A stretch of DNA of 63,962 nucleotides, filler included, from Conidiobolus incongruus B7586 (Eukaryota), in NCBI GenBank assembly GCA_000697335.1. It is 9 parts of 9 records of this genome, joined end to end, with 100 filler letters (N's around TTAATTAATTAA, not from the genome) between each part and the next. Parts side by side here need not be neighbours in the genome. Positions count along the whole stretch, not along the records: positions 48,075 to 54,721 come from JNEM01000171.1; positions 54,822 to 62,240 come from JNEM01000183.1; positions 62,341 to 63,962 come from JNEM01000195.1; 6 more parts are not named here. One strand, given 5' to 3'. The position numbers and the translations under genes were made by a program. Position 1 is the stretch's first letter, and the number at the start of each line of letters is the position of its first letter. A model generated the notes under the pieces. The model was not told the origin of the DNA and searched no databases. It saw only the letters and a program-made list of their open reading frames with translations. Below, piece after piece: positions 51,228 to 63,816 of the stretch.

Positions 51228-53547
51228 TGATTAGGGAGCTAGAAGCTGAATGAATAAATGGTAAAATGAAACCAGTCTTCAAACTCGATAAACAAAGCGC
51301 GGCGTTGGGCTTTAATAAATACAGAGTAAGAATATTATATGTGATACAGAAAACACAGTTTTGGAAGTGATACAGAGATAATATAAGTTATAACTGTGCA
51401 ACTAGGCAAATACGTTGACTAAATGTAAAATAAATCGGTTGATTTGCTTAATACGCCACCGATAGAAATAATAAGTGTAAAGAAGGGAGCAAGTTACTAA
51501 TTAAGGTTTTTAATATTCAAAGGGATAACAGTTTCAATTTTGAGTTTAAAATTTTTATTTCCCAATTGGGTGGACTTAGGAATGCTGAGTACAATTGGCT
51601 TAGGATTAGTCCAATCATCCCCATTTAGCAATTTCCTACATTCTTAGTCTTTGGAAATACTATGAAAAGTTCAAAAAACATAAACACCTCACTTCAAATA
51701 TCAATTAAGTAAACATGGTTATTATGATTATTGTTAACTGAGAATAGTTCAAATGATTTCATAAAATTTCTAATTAAAATTTTGAATTTATTCCTGAATA
51801 AAATAAATTCTGTATGTAATTTTCAAAATATAACAACAAATATGACATATTGTTTTTAATATTACATTACGATAATTTAATATTACTTTGGCTATATTAC
51901 CATTATAATTGAAAATATTACAATAATATATATTATATGCACTATATTTGAAATTTTATTAGATATTAGTATTTAGTAGAAAAATACTAATAAATAATTT
52001 CAAAATTAATGTGAATTAAAAAAAATTGGCGGATTTTAGGCGGTAAATTGAGGTATTAGATTAAAAAGAGTTAAAATCCGAATAATCAAATGAATTTGAA
52101 ACCAATTGTTATTAATGATTATTAACTTGTACTCTTATTTTTAACACGGTTATCGCTAATAATTCCTCAATATTATATTTGTATTTATTTTAGGTTACAA
52201 TTTATTAAAACTCTTTAGTTCTAATACGTTTTGACGTTGAATAATTATATTTCGAAATGGATAGTCAATGCAATCAGATCTTCTTTATAAATAACTTATG
52301 CTAATAACCTAATTTGGTCAAGTTTAATATTTTTAACGGTTTTTTCTTTTTTTATAGACTAATACAATTTTCAGATTTACCAAATTTGTTAATGTAATAA
52401 CTATTCCAAAATTGATTCTAATCTATCATTAAATTTTATTCAATAATATTCAAAAATAATAAATATCATTACAATATATCACTGATAGATAAATAAATGA
52501 ACAAATAAGCTATATAAAATTCAATATAATGTTATTATAACAATTTGAAACTTGATGAAATACATCAATAGGGTATCAATCCAAATAAATTGATTGGAAT
52601 TATACTATTTTTGTAAGTATTATAATATTTTTTGATAACGTTTGTTAATCTAATATAGTATTAAATTTTTAAATTAAATAAAAATTATTTCAAATTAGTG
52701 ACAATCTTTGAATTGATAATTGATTTCTTCCAAATTAATAATTTCCTCCAATTTCTTCTTTTGATGATAAATTAAATAAAAAACCTTGGTTCAATAAATA
52801 TCATTCTAACTATTAAATTCACTACTTTAGTTTATGTTCGAATTTTATAATTATTGTCAAATATACAAGCTATTGAAGTAATGTTAAATTATCACATTAA
52901 TATATAAAACAATAAATCTGGAGTATTTTAAAACCATATTTACTATAATTAAGAATGATATAACTGCAATTAGAAATTCCCGATTAGTATACAAATAATT
53001 TAATAATATATCATTAAATTATTTATAGTTAAATTAATAAATATTTAATTTTATCATGTCCCTTTAAATATTAAACACTATCATAGGATTTTTAGTGATT
53101 ATTCATAAAATTTGAAAAGAATTATTCCTTATATATATTTTAAATAGGAACCTATTACGATTCATCATAATATTTAGAGAAATACCAATATTATTATATA
53201 TTTAAAACAGAGTAATTATTAAAATGATTAAAATACTTTGTACCATGATTATATCATATGATGAGCAAGATCAAAATAAGTTAAATCTGCTATCACCCAT
53301 ATTAGAATGATATTAATAGTATAAAATTATTATTGAATACAATTAATTATGATAAATTGGTGAATCTAAAAACCCCTAAATTTTTGGGTGGAAAGTGAAA
53401 TAAATTAGTTCAAAATGAAACAATCAACTTTAAGATTTGATTGGATTATTATGTTACAAATTTTCAAATTAATCAACTTAATATCCAAATTAATATTAAT
53501 ACAAAATTATGGTAAGTAAAAATTTTTAGGGGTTCATGGATTTATTC

Positions 53548-53582
<35 letters not shown>

Positions 53583-53583
53583 T
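53548..53583 (+). repeat. (AAT)n microsatellite, about 12 units
   Basis: Uninterrupted ataataataat... run. Confidence 0.85.
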
Positions 53584-54644
53584 CAACATTATCATTCCAA
53601 TATAAATTTTTTATTTTTTTATCAACAATTATATACATTCTTAAATTCAATATAAATTCTATGCATATACTTTTTATTCATTACTATACTATATATTTAT
53701 CATAACTTTTAAATCATTATTTTGAAACAAATAATAATTTTAGAGAAGGGATTGTAAATATAAGATTGTTGAAGGTGAGAAATAATATAAAGTGCTTTAT
53801 CATTTTTAAAATTACTATAATATCTTTTAACTAATAAAATATTTTAATTAAGAAATGTAAATTAAGTTAATTAAACAAAAATTCAATTCAGAATACTATG
53901 ATATGAAATGTTCAAATTATTTCTGTGAAAAATTGATTTTAATTTCTAATTCTTAGCTCAAATAGCAAATTAACCACTATGAGATCTTAACTCAGTATTT
54001 ATTATTCTATGTAAAGGCATTTTCATATTGTAATGGGACGGATGGCCCATTCAATCCAATTAATTCGAATCATTCGCAAACCCCATGAGAGATCCACCTG
54101 CAACGTGACCACCAAATACATCCGAGCAATGCAATCAAATGATCCATTTGATGCATCAACTGAATGCCAGGATAACACGTCTAACAGATCTAAATATACC
54201 AACTATAAACAAGTTGTCATGCCGTTCTGCTTCCTAGGGTGTTGCACTACAATCTAGATTAAATAACAAATTACCTCTATTATATCATCTAACAAATACT
54301 GTCCCAAAAGACAGCTATTTATTTAAAGTTATTAAACACCTGACTTCCTAGCCAGTGTTATTATTTTATTCTATTTTTATGTAATTGACAAAACTTAATA
54401 AAAAAAATAAGTTAGAGTATGAAGAAAAGAGTTTAATTATTAAAGTTTTTTTGATTTAATTTAATTATTAAATATAATTCAAATATTCAAATATAATTTT
54501 GTAGAAATAACCTAAAACAATAGTTTTAAATATATCATAATTATATTTTACTTAATATATATATTAGCTTGCAAAAGTAAGTCATAAAATTAAAATTATA
54601 AATTTTTTTATTAATATCATAATTAATTCTAATTTAAATAAACT

Positions 54645-54715
54645 TAGGTTAAATTTTATAATTAATATATACTAACCCATAAAAGTGAGTTATAAAATCA
54701 AATATATATATATTT
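54645..54715 (+). repeat. Dispersed repeat family 2 fragment (second copy at about 62418-62485)
   Basis: ttaggttaaatt...atatactaacccataaaagtgagttataaaatcaaa vs ttaggttaaattaatatactaacttgtaaaagtgagttataaaatcaaa. Confidence 0.6.
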
Positions 54716-55194
54716 TAATTANNNNNNNNNNNNNNNNNNNNNNNNNNNNNNNNNNNNNNNNNNNNTTAATTAATTAANNNNNNNNNNNNNNNNNNNNNNN
54801 NNNNNNNNNNNNNNNNNNNNNTAAATCCTTTAAAATTATTTCAAATTTATAAATAACTTTTAAAATAGAAGTATTATTTAAATAAACTATTTATTATTAA
54901 TTAAGTTATTTTGAAATTAAAAAAAATTATTTAAAATATATTAAAGCTTGAAAAACTAATTTTAACTTTTATTTTTTATGATTACTAGAATTAAAAAATA
55001 TAATAAAAAAACCATTTTGTTTAGTTAAAAAATTATTAAAATATAATCATATTAAATTTATAAGTATTTTATATATATTAAAGTTTAAACTTAAATTAAT
55101 TAATAAAAATATAAAATATATACTCTATAATTTAATCATATTTGAAAAAAAAGCTAGAATAATTATTATGAAGTAAAATTCACTTAGGTATTAT

Positions 55195-55800
55195 TAAAAA
55201 CCAAAGCTTTTATAATAAATTATTATAATTGATCAATTTTAAATTCCTTTATATAATCCTTTATTAAATTATAAATCAAAATGTTAGATTAAGCTAAATT
55301 AACCCTTTTTAAAAATCCCTTTAAATAAATATTTTATTAATAAGTGAATGTTAATTATTGTAATATATTATAATACTATATGCTATTCTAATTTTGTTCT
55401 TATAATAAAATTAATTAATAATAAAGTTTATATTGTTTTTTGAAATAAAATTATTTTTAATTAGTGTTTTTTAAGAAAATTTATTATTTTGTATAATAAT
55501 TTTAAAGTATATAAATTTAAAATTATAAAATATTTTCAATTAAAAATAACTATAGAAAAACTACTATAATTATTATATTCTCTAAATTTTTTCCTATAAA
55601 ATTTTATTTACTTTTAATTGAATAATTATCTTATAGGAAAAAAATTTATAAAATAATTTATTGGTTTTTAAAACATCAAATTTTAGTCTTTAATAAAGAG
55701 AATCTATTTTTAAGTATTAAAAGTTTATAAAGAATATAGCAATAAGCTAATAATAATAATAATAATAAACATTATTAATTTTATACTATATATTAAAATA
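55195..55800 (+). repeat. Copy D of repeat family 1 (boundaries approximate)
   Basis: Colinear with 48160-48790; many of the differences are C/T and G/A transitions. Confidence 0.7.
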
Positions 55801-56890
55801 TTTATCAATTGTTAATTGAAAAGAATTTCAATTATTTAAAATATAAAGTAATAATATAAAAAGAATTATATTTTAATATCACTAATAAAGCTCTTTAAAA
55901 AAATTAAATAAATTTAATATTAATATTATTATATTTTGAAAATATCTGTTTATAAAAATTTTTTAGCTAAATCTATATTATCACTTATCTATAGTGGCTT
56001 TGTTAGTCTATAATTAAAGGACATCATTCTTTGAATGAACTATTTAAATATTTTACCATCAATCATCTTTATTGGATAATCCTATTATAAAGCATAGCAA
56101 TATATCCATATAATATAATTCAAACAAAATAACTATTATATTAAATAGTTAGAAAAGGATATTTTTTTATTAAAGGAAAAATATAAATATAATAATATAA
56201 TTATGTTAATTTTTTAGATTTGATAAAAAAATATTTTAAAGTAGCACTTGTCAAAAATACTGATGTAATAATATAAATTTTGTTTAGTATTTTATATAAT
56301 TGCAACTATTCAAATTAACAGAGATGAATTGATAAAAAAATTACTTTTGGGAATTTCGTTAAAATTAAATAGTTTAAATTAGAAATAATAAAGTCATAGT
56401 AAAATAAAAATATTAATAGAGATATAAAGAGAGATCAAAAACTATTCAAAATACTATATTTAACATTATAAGGGGAAAATTTAAATATCAACTAATTAAT
56501 TGCTCTAAAAAAATTTATAAAGGTTGAGAAAGTCTAGTACATCAGAAAAAGTTTTAATAATTAATATTATTATGAAAACTTTTATGTGTTAATATCGTTA
56601 TTTAATGAACTAATGTTCAATCTTGAATTTGAATTAATTATACTATGAAAATAATTCAAGTTATAAACTATAGGAAAATAGCAATCATACTATTAATTCG
56701 TTAAACCCTGTGAGGAAAACCTAGTATTTCAACGAGTCCGATATTTGATAAAATTTCAAATTTAGCGAGAATAAATTGAAAAAAATGCATTTAATATAAA
56801 TAGTATGTATAAGTGCGAATAATGAATATACTAATAATTAAATAATAATTGATTACCGGATTTAAATACTATTATTATACTCAATGAACA

Positions 56891-58510
56891 ATGTTAATAA
56901 ATAAATTGCTTTTAGTTAAAAGTTTATTTGCTATAATAAATGGTTATTTAACATATTCAACATGTCATTACAGAAATAATAAATTATATGTGTATGATTC
57001 TGGTATTAAGCATTCTCGGAATGCAACAGTAACAATCTACGATTTTAAGAATGGTCCCATCAACGAGATCACATCAAATCCATTGAAATTTGAATTACCT
57101 AATGTTTCTATCAATTACGCCCCTCATTTCCTTAATATCACACATACTGTAGCTGATGGCAAAGAGGATGAGTTATGGATGATGGGAGGTCAAGTATTCG
57201 AAGCCATAGATCCGAGTCCTATATCTCCAAACGAATGGGTCAGTAAACTGCTCATTGATCAAAAAAGCTTACAAGCTGACTCGAGTTTTATTAATATTCC
57301 TCCATATGCAAACTTTTCTAAAGGGTATCATTCACAAACAGTAGTTATCAATGAAGATGGTCCTACTCTCTATGTGCTAGGGGGATTTGCTATTTCTTCT
57401 GATAGACATATATTGGGATTGACAAATAAGTTTTTCAAATATGATTTTGGAAAGAAAGAGTGGATTAATTTAAGCCATATTACAAAGGGGAAATTGCCAC
57501 CAGTCGCTTATCATACCACCGTGGCTATTGAAAATCGTTACTTACTTGTACTGGGTGGATTAATGTATAATGGTACTGTTGGATCGAGCCTAGAATGGTC
57601 ACTTTCTGGCTATACGCAACCTCTTTCTGAAGTTTGGAGATATGATATTTTGAATCAAAAATGGGAAAATTTTCGTATTGAATCAAATTCAGAGAATTTA
57701 GCTACTGCAAATTTGATGGTAGAAGCATTCTCTGCAAGCGTGTACCAAGATAAAATTTACATTTATGGAGGAGTCACCACTAGCAATAATGTTAAGGAAT
57801 ACATAACAAGTTTGATTATACTGGACTATAATACATGGACTTTGGAACGTCGGCAATTAGTTACAAAAAAAGATGAATTCCAATTACGAGCATTATACGG
57901 ACATGATTCATTTATTTTGAACAACCAATTAATATTAGTTCATGGTAAATTGAAGCTCTTAATCATACTAACTTAATCTAACTTGTCGAGTGTAGGCATG
58001 GATTCTTTCAATAGCATACAAAAGCTCTTAGTGATTGATTTAACAGATCTCAAACTTAAATCTGATTTAGATGTGACTGGGCAATATTATGATTCCAATC
58101 AAACTTCTACAAGATTGCCAAAATATGCTATTATTATTATCTCAGTGGTTTGTGTATCCGTTGTATTGGTTATTGTTTATTTCTTATATAGAAGATATAA
58201 ATGCAAATCAATTTCTACGTCAGTAAAAGATAATTATACGAAACAAACAATGGAAGAAGTATGGTCATCACCAACTCCCAATCCAACAAACAAACGTAAT
58301 ACCAGAAATAATTCCACTTTCGACCCTTACAATTTAAGTAATTCAACTTATAATCAATTTAATTCACCTATTGGATCGCAACAACTTAATGATAACTCAA
58401 ATATTCAAGTATTGATGAACTTGCCTCAATTCCAACATGAAGTGGATATGGGAGACACTCAGCTTACTTCCACTACTTTAACTCAAAATCATACGAATAC
58501 CAATAATTGA
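56891..58510 (+). CDS. Kelch-repeat beta-propeller type I membrane protein, paralog 1 (2 exons; intron 57945-57995)
   Basis: Signal-peptide-like N-terminus and kelch GG motifs (LWMMGG, LYVLGG, LLVLGG, IYIYGG, LVHG|G). Single TM (YAIIIISVVCVSVVLVIVYFLY) followed by RRYK. The two track ORFs join in frame through a 51-nt GT-AG intron with a CTAAC branch site. Confidence 0.85.
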
Positions 58511-59970
58511 TTTACATTAAATAAAACCAATTTTACTCATTATATCCCAGGATATTCAAAAATTAGAATCCGATCATTACTTATTTTTTGATTTTATAAG
58601 AGAGTTATTTTCCAATTTATAGCAAAAGGAGTTACCAGATTCAATAATTTATAAATAATTGAATAATCATATATTTTGAGTGGGTGAATATTTAATTTGA
58701 TTTTGAATCAAAATTATCGATTAATCGGATTAATTGATCAAATCAATTTAGTTTATTTTTGCAGTACAGTTACAATCGTTGATTATTTGTTTTAATTATT
58801 CGAAAATATTGTTGGCAAATTTGTTATGTTAATCGATATATGTATTTATTTGCTAGAAAAATTTTAATTATTTTACATTTTCACATTTATCTATCTACAA
58901 AAAAATATATGACTTTATTTTTATGGAACAATTTAATATAAGAGTATTGCGAAGTATTTTATACCCCATGCTCGGTCATGTATTTGGCTAATATTTGACC
59001 GAACGGATTAGAAGCAATTTAAAAGTTTACATTTTGATAAAATTTCTAATTAATATTCAAAGTTCTTAATTAAAATACTATTAATAGGTGAAGATTGAAA
59101 AAGATAATTGACCCTTAATATATATAATATAATGTCTTACGATACTAGTATTTAATAATATTCAGTATCAATATTTATAAATGAAAATGGACAAAACTGA
59201 ATTAAGGCAATTTTAATCTAGTTTATTCCTTTTCCAATTCCAATATTAATATACCATTTCAATTTGTGGTAAACCTATTATGAACAATTTAAAATTAACA
59301 AATAAAAATTCAATAAGTATTTTTTAATTGACATATCCAAAAGCAGATTGTAAATAGGTTGTGACTTATATTGATTTTAAATTTGAATCAATGATATCAT
59401 GACACAAACTTGAGTTTACATAATTTGATTTTAGATATTGTTGTTAGTTTCATTGTGTAACCTAACTGAGAAGTTAGTTTAACATTTGATTATATTTGAC
59501 AGGCAGATCTGGGAATAAAGGAGAGTAAGGTGAGTAAGAAGAGTGTGTTGAATAATGTACTGGCTAAGGTGGAGATAAACCCTGGTCAGACTAAATTTAT
59601 GGTGTCAATATGATTCAAGTACCTGTTTATTTCTGCATGTTATCTCTTGTGAAACTAGTATATGGGAATATTCGGAGTCTCTTGGCGAATTAGATGTAAC
59701 AACAAATATCAACTTTTTCTACATTGGATTGACTCGGAAGTATTAGGTCATTCTAATTAACTAAAGAGTGGGAGTGCTCCTACATAGGTAACTATAGAAA
59801 TCTGAAAAGAAAACATTTGTTTCACAGTATCCAGTGATTGACAAAAACATTTTCTAGACTGTAATAAAAAATAATTATATTTAATAAATTAAAATTTCAA
59901 ATCAACAATTAGTATATAAGTATGGTGAAGTATAATTTTTTAAAGACTTTGGTAATTTAGTCCAAGAAAA

Positions 59971-61617
59971 ATGATATTAAATTTAATCATTTTCATTCAG
60001 ATTTTATTTGCTCAAGATAATGTATTTTTAGGATATTCCTCATGTCTCTACAGAAATAACAAATTATACGTTTATGACTATATCCTTCCGAAGATTAGTC
60101 CTATATCTGTAACTGTTTACGATTTAAAAGATGGCCCAATAAATAGTATTATTCCAAAGTCTCTAGAATTTAACTTAACTAATATCTCAACCAACTACAC
60201 ACCTCTATTTTTGGACATTCCACTTCCCGTAGTCGATGGTCAATCAAACGAAATATGGACTATAGGAGGTCAATATGGCGATTCTATAGATTCAAATCCA
60301 ATCAAAGCGGAGGAATGGACAAGTCGTCTTCTGGTCGACAAAAAAGACTTACAATTTGATTCGAGTTTAATCAAAATTCCTGAATTTCCTAATTTTTCTA
60401 AAGGCCACAGTTCGCATACAGTTATTAATAATAAAGATGGCCCTGCTCTTTATGTTCTGGGAGGAGTTATATATTCCCCTCACTCTAAAAACCATGCAAT
60501 ATCCAATCTATTTTTCAAGTACAACTTCACAACTAAAGAATGGACTGATCTGAGTCATATTACAAAAGGAAAATTACCTCCAGTCGCTTCCCATCAGACG
60601 GTGGCTATTAATAATCGATATTTACTAGTACTTGGTGGGATCATGTCCAATACCACAGTCAACTCGGAGTTTGTATCAAAGGATGATCACATAGGTCCCA
60701 GATCCTTTTCTGATTTTTGGCGATACGACATAGAGAAGGAAATGTGGGAAAATATGACAATTGATCCAGATTTAGAGACTAGGGAAATTGCCAAGTTGAT
60801 TGTGGAAGGATTTTCTGCAAGTGTCTATAAAAACAAAGTTTATATTTATGGAGGAGGAATTTCTGATGGTAAAGATATCGATTTTAGAACAAAATTAATT
60901 GTGTTAGACTATGAGAATTGGACTTTGAAATTCCATCAATTAGTTGATGAAAATAATGCAAATGTGAATTTAAAATTATATGGTCATGATTCATTTATAT
61001 TGAATGATCAATTGGTATTAGTACATGGTAAGATTATACAACTCTATTTTTTTCCTTTTTTTAATATATCAGGTATAGGCTTAACCATTGAAAATGACAG
61101 AGATGAATTATCGATTAACGATAACCGACATAAAATTTCGGTTATTGATCTAACCAATTTTAAACTTAAATCTGATTTAAACCTAACTGGAAATTATACT
61201 GGATCAAACAAAAGATTTCTAGCATTGCCACTTTATGTTATCGTTATAATAGTAATTTGTGTTTTAATTGTATCGGTTTCTGGTTATTTCTTATATCGAA
61301 GATACAAGAGAAAATCATCAGCTCATAAACAATGTATGAATCAATATAAAAATCAACCGATGCAAGAAATATGGTCTTCACCAACTCCAAATCCAACTGG
61401 CAAACGCAAAACTAAATTTAATACAACTTTTGATCCGTACAATGTAAATGATTCACAAAACATACCATCAATTTCAACTATTGAATCGCAACCGAGTGAT
61501 TACTCAAACACTCAAATATTATTAAATTTACCTCACTTCCAACACGAAGTTGATATGGGAGATTCTGAAATCATTTCTACTGCTTTAACTCAAAATAATT
61601 CCAAATTAAATAATTAA
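59971..61617 (+). CDS. Kelch-repeat beta-propeller type I membrane protein, paralog 2 (probable intron 61028-61078 or 61028-61072)
   Basis: Tandem paralog of 56891-58510 with shared blocks (CxYRNNKLYVYD, LSHITKGKLPPVA, WSSPTPNPT, TFDPYN, FQHEVDMGD). GTAAG donor lies at the same position as the paralog's intron. Confidence 0.87.
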   Translation: MILNLIIFIQILFAQDNVFLGYSSCLYRNNKLYVYDYILPKISPISVTVYDLKDGPINSIIPKSLEFNLTNISTNYTPLFLDIPLPVVDGQSNEIWTIGGQYGDSIDSNPIKAEEWTSRLLVDKKDLQFDSSLIKIPEFPNFSKGHSSHTVINNKDGPALYVLGGVIYSPHSKNHAISNLFFKYNFTTKEWTDLSHITKGKLPPVASHQTVAINNRYLLVLGGIMSNTTVNSEFVSKDDHIGPRSFSDFWRYDIEKEMWENMTIDPDLETREIAKLIVEGFSASVYKNKVYIYGGGISDGKDIDFRTKLIVLDYENWTLKFHQLVDENNANVNLKLYGHDSFILNDQLVLVHGKIIQLYFFPFFNISGIGLTIENDRDELSINDNRHKISVIDLTNFKLKSDLNLTGNYTGSNKRFLALPLYVIVIIVICVLIVSVSGYFLYRRYKRKSSAHKQCMNQYKNQPMQEIWSSPTPNPTGKRKTKFNTTFDPYNVNDSQNIPSISTIESQPSDYSNTQILLNLPHFQHEVDMGDSEIISTALTQNNSKLNN

Positions 61618-62619
61618 TATAAATTAAATAAATAATAATATCCTTAAGATAAATAAGGATATTCAGTAATTATTACTTTATTTAGCAGTAGTTGAAATTT
61701 TTTCAAACTTAGTAACTCATTTTTAAAATTATGGAATACTAAATATTGGATTGAATAATATATATCCATTATACCTAATAACCACATAATTCTTCAGAAT
61801 TTTCTCAATTTACTCTCATTATTATTGTAATAACTTTATAATAAAATATATATAGTTAAATTTAATTAATTATTAATTAATTTATTCAAACTAAAAGTTT
61901 AACTAAGGTGAGTTATAACTTTATAAGATTATAAGTTAAAAGGGTATAAATAATAAAGCTTTTATATTTATCCTTTTTTCTTTTGTTATATTATTTATTT
62001 TATAATATTATTAACTTAATATTTCTTAATTTATTTTATAATACTTAAATCTCTATATAAAAAAATTTTCTATATATTAATTAACTCCATAATATAAATA
62101 AATTAAACTATAAGATTGTTAGAATTATTGATATTAATTAATTTATTATAATTGGGGTTATTAAAAATAATATTAAAAATTTAATTAAATTTAAATTTTA
62201 ATATATTAAAACTATAAATAAATATAATAAATATATGAATNNNNNNNNNNNNNNNNNNNNNNNNNNNNNNNNNNNNNNNNNNNNTTAATTAATTAANNNN
62301 NNNNNNNNNNNNNNNNNNNNNNNNNNNNNNNNNNNNNNNNTTTATTACTTTAATTAAAATATTTTATAACTAAAAATAATATATATAGTTAAATTATAAT
62401 TAACCTATTGTTATATTTTTAGGTTAAATTAATATACTAACTTGTAAAAGTGAGTTATAAAATCAAAAACACTTATATTTTTACTAATAACTTAATTAAT
62501 ATTAAATAAAATAAACTTATTTTAAATAATTAAAATCTATTATATTTATTAATAATATATATCATTAATTGATGATATTTAATTATTGATTGGTTAAAAT
62601 ATAAATCTTTAAATTTTAC

Positions 62620-63816
62620 TTAAGGTAAGTTATAAATTTATAGGTTTTTGATAATAAAAAAAATTAAAATTTAATATATTTACCTTTAACATTTCTAACT
62701 TCTTTAAGTTTATAGGGTATAAAATCAATTAACTTCTTATATTAAATAGGGTTAATTTTATTCTATGCCTCTTAAATATATTTTTAAAATTGATTTAAAT
62801 CTTTTATTAAGAGGAAAGCTTTAATAACTTTTTTTAACTAATCCAAAAGGTGTTTAATTAGGTTAAAGTTAAAAAATTAAAGAAGCTACTTTATAACTAT
62901 TATCTTATTATTTTTTAGCTATTTGATAATAAAAATTACAATATAATAAAAGATATTATCTTATTAGAAAATAATATTAGATTTATTTAACTTATATTAT
63001 TTAATGGTTTATTTTAATTTATTATTTAAAATACTTTAGTATATTTTAATATTAATTCCTCTATTAACTTTATAAAAATATCTTATACCTAAAAACAATA
63101 TATATCCTTAAATAATAATTAACTTATTAATATACTTTTAAGTAAAATTAACATGATAGTTATAAAGTAGTTATATATATTTTTTAAAATACCTAGCTTT
63201 TTTATTAGATTTATTAAAATATATTTTTGTTTGATTAGATTAAATAACTTTACTCTAATTAATTTTAGTTTAATATTAATAATAATATTTAAAATCTTAT
63301 TTAATTTTATAATGGGATTTTTTTAGTTAGGGGTGTTTTTTTAAAGTGTAAGTAGTATTTATGTTAACATAAAATATATATAATAGTATTAGTGTTAACT
63401 AATATTTTTATATAGTTTTATAGTTCCTATTATATTTTTATAATAATACTATATTTGCTTATATTAATTAACTTATAAATATACTTTTTATTATATTTAT
63501 TTATAATTTTAACAAACTTAAATTAAAGTTTAAATATGTTTTTATTATTATTCTTAATAACTTTAATTATAGTAGATTAACTAATATTAATAATTCTAAT
63601 AATATCATAAGTTAATTTATTTTCTTTATAAAGTTAATTAATATACAAATAGATTTTTTTAGAGAGGGATTTAAAAATAATAATACTAATAAAAAAAATT
63701 TAGTATATTTATAAAATATTATATAAAATAATAACAAAGAAAGAAAAAAATATAGTTATATATTATTAAATATATCCCCTTATCTTAAAAACCTATAAAT
63801 TTATAACTTACCTTAA
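62620..63816. mobile_element. Degenerate TIR DNA-transposon relic, about 1.2 kb (Tc1/mariner-like; superfamily tentative)
   Basis: Perfect 30-bp inverted repeats 62620-62649 (ttaaggtaagttataaatttataggttttt) and 63787-63816, including an outer TA/TTAA. The interior is AT-eroded with no open frame. A diverged third terminus lies at 61904-61930. Confidence 0.7.
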
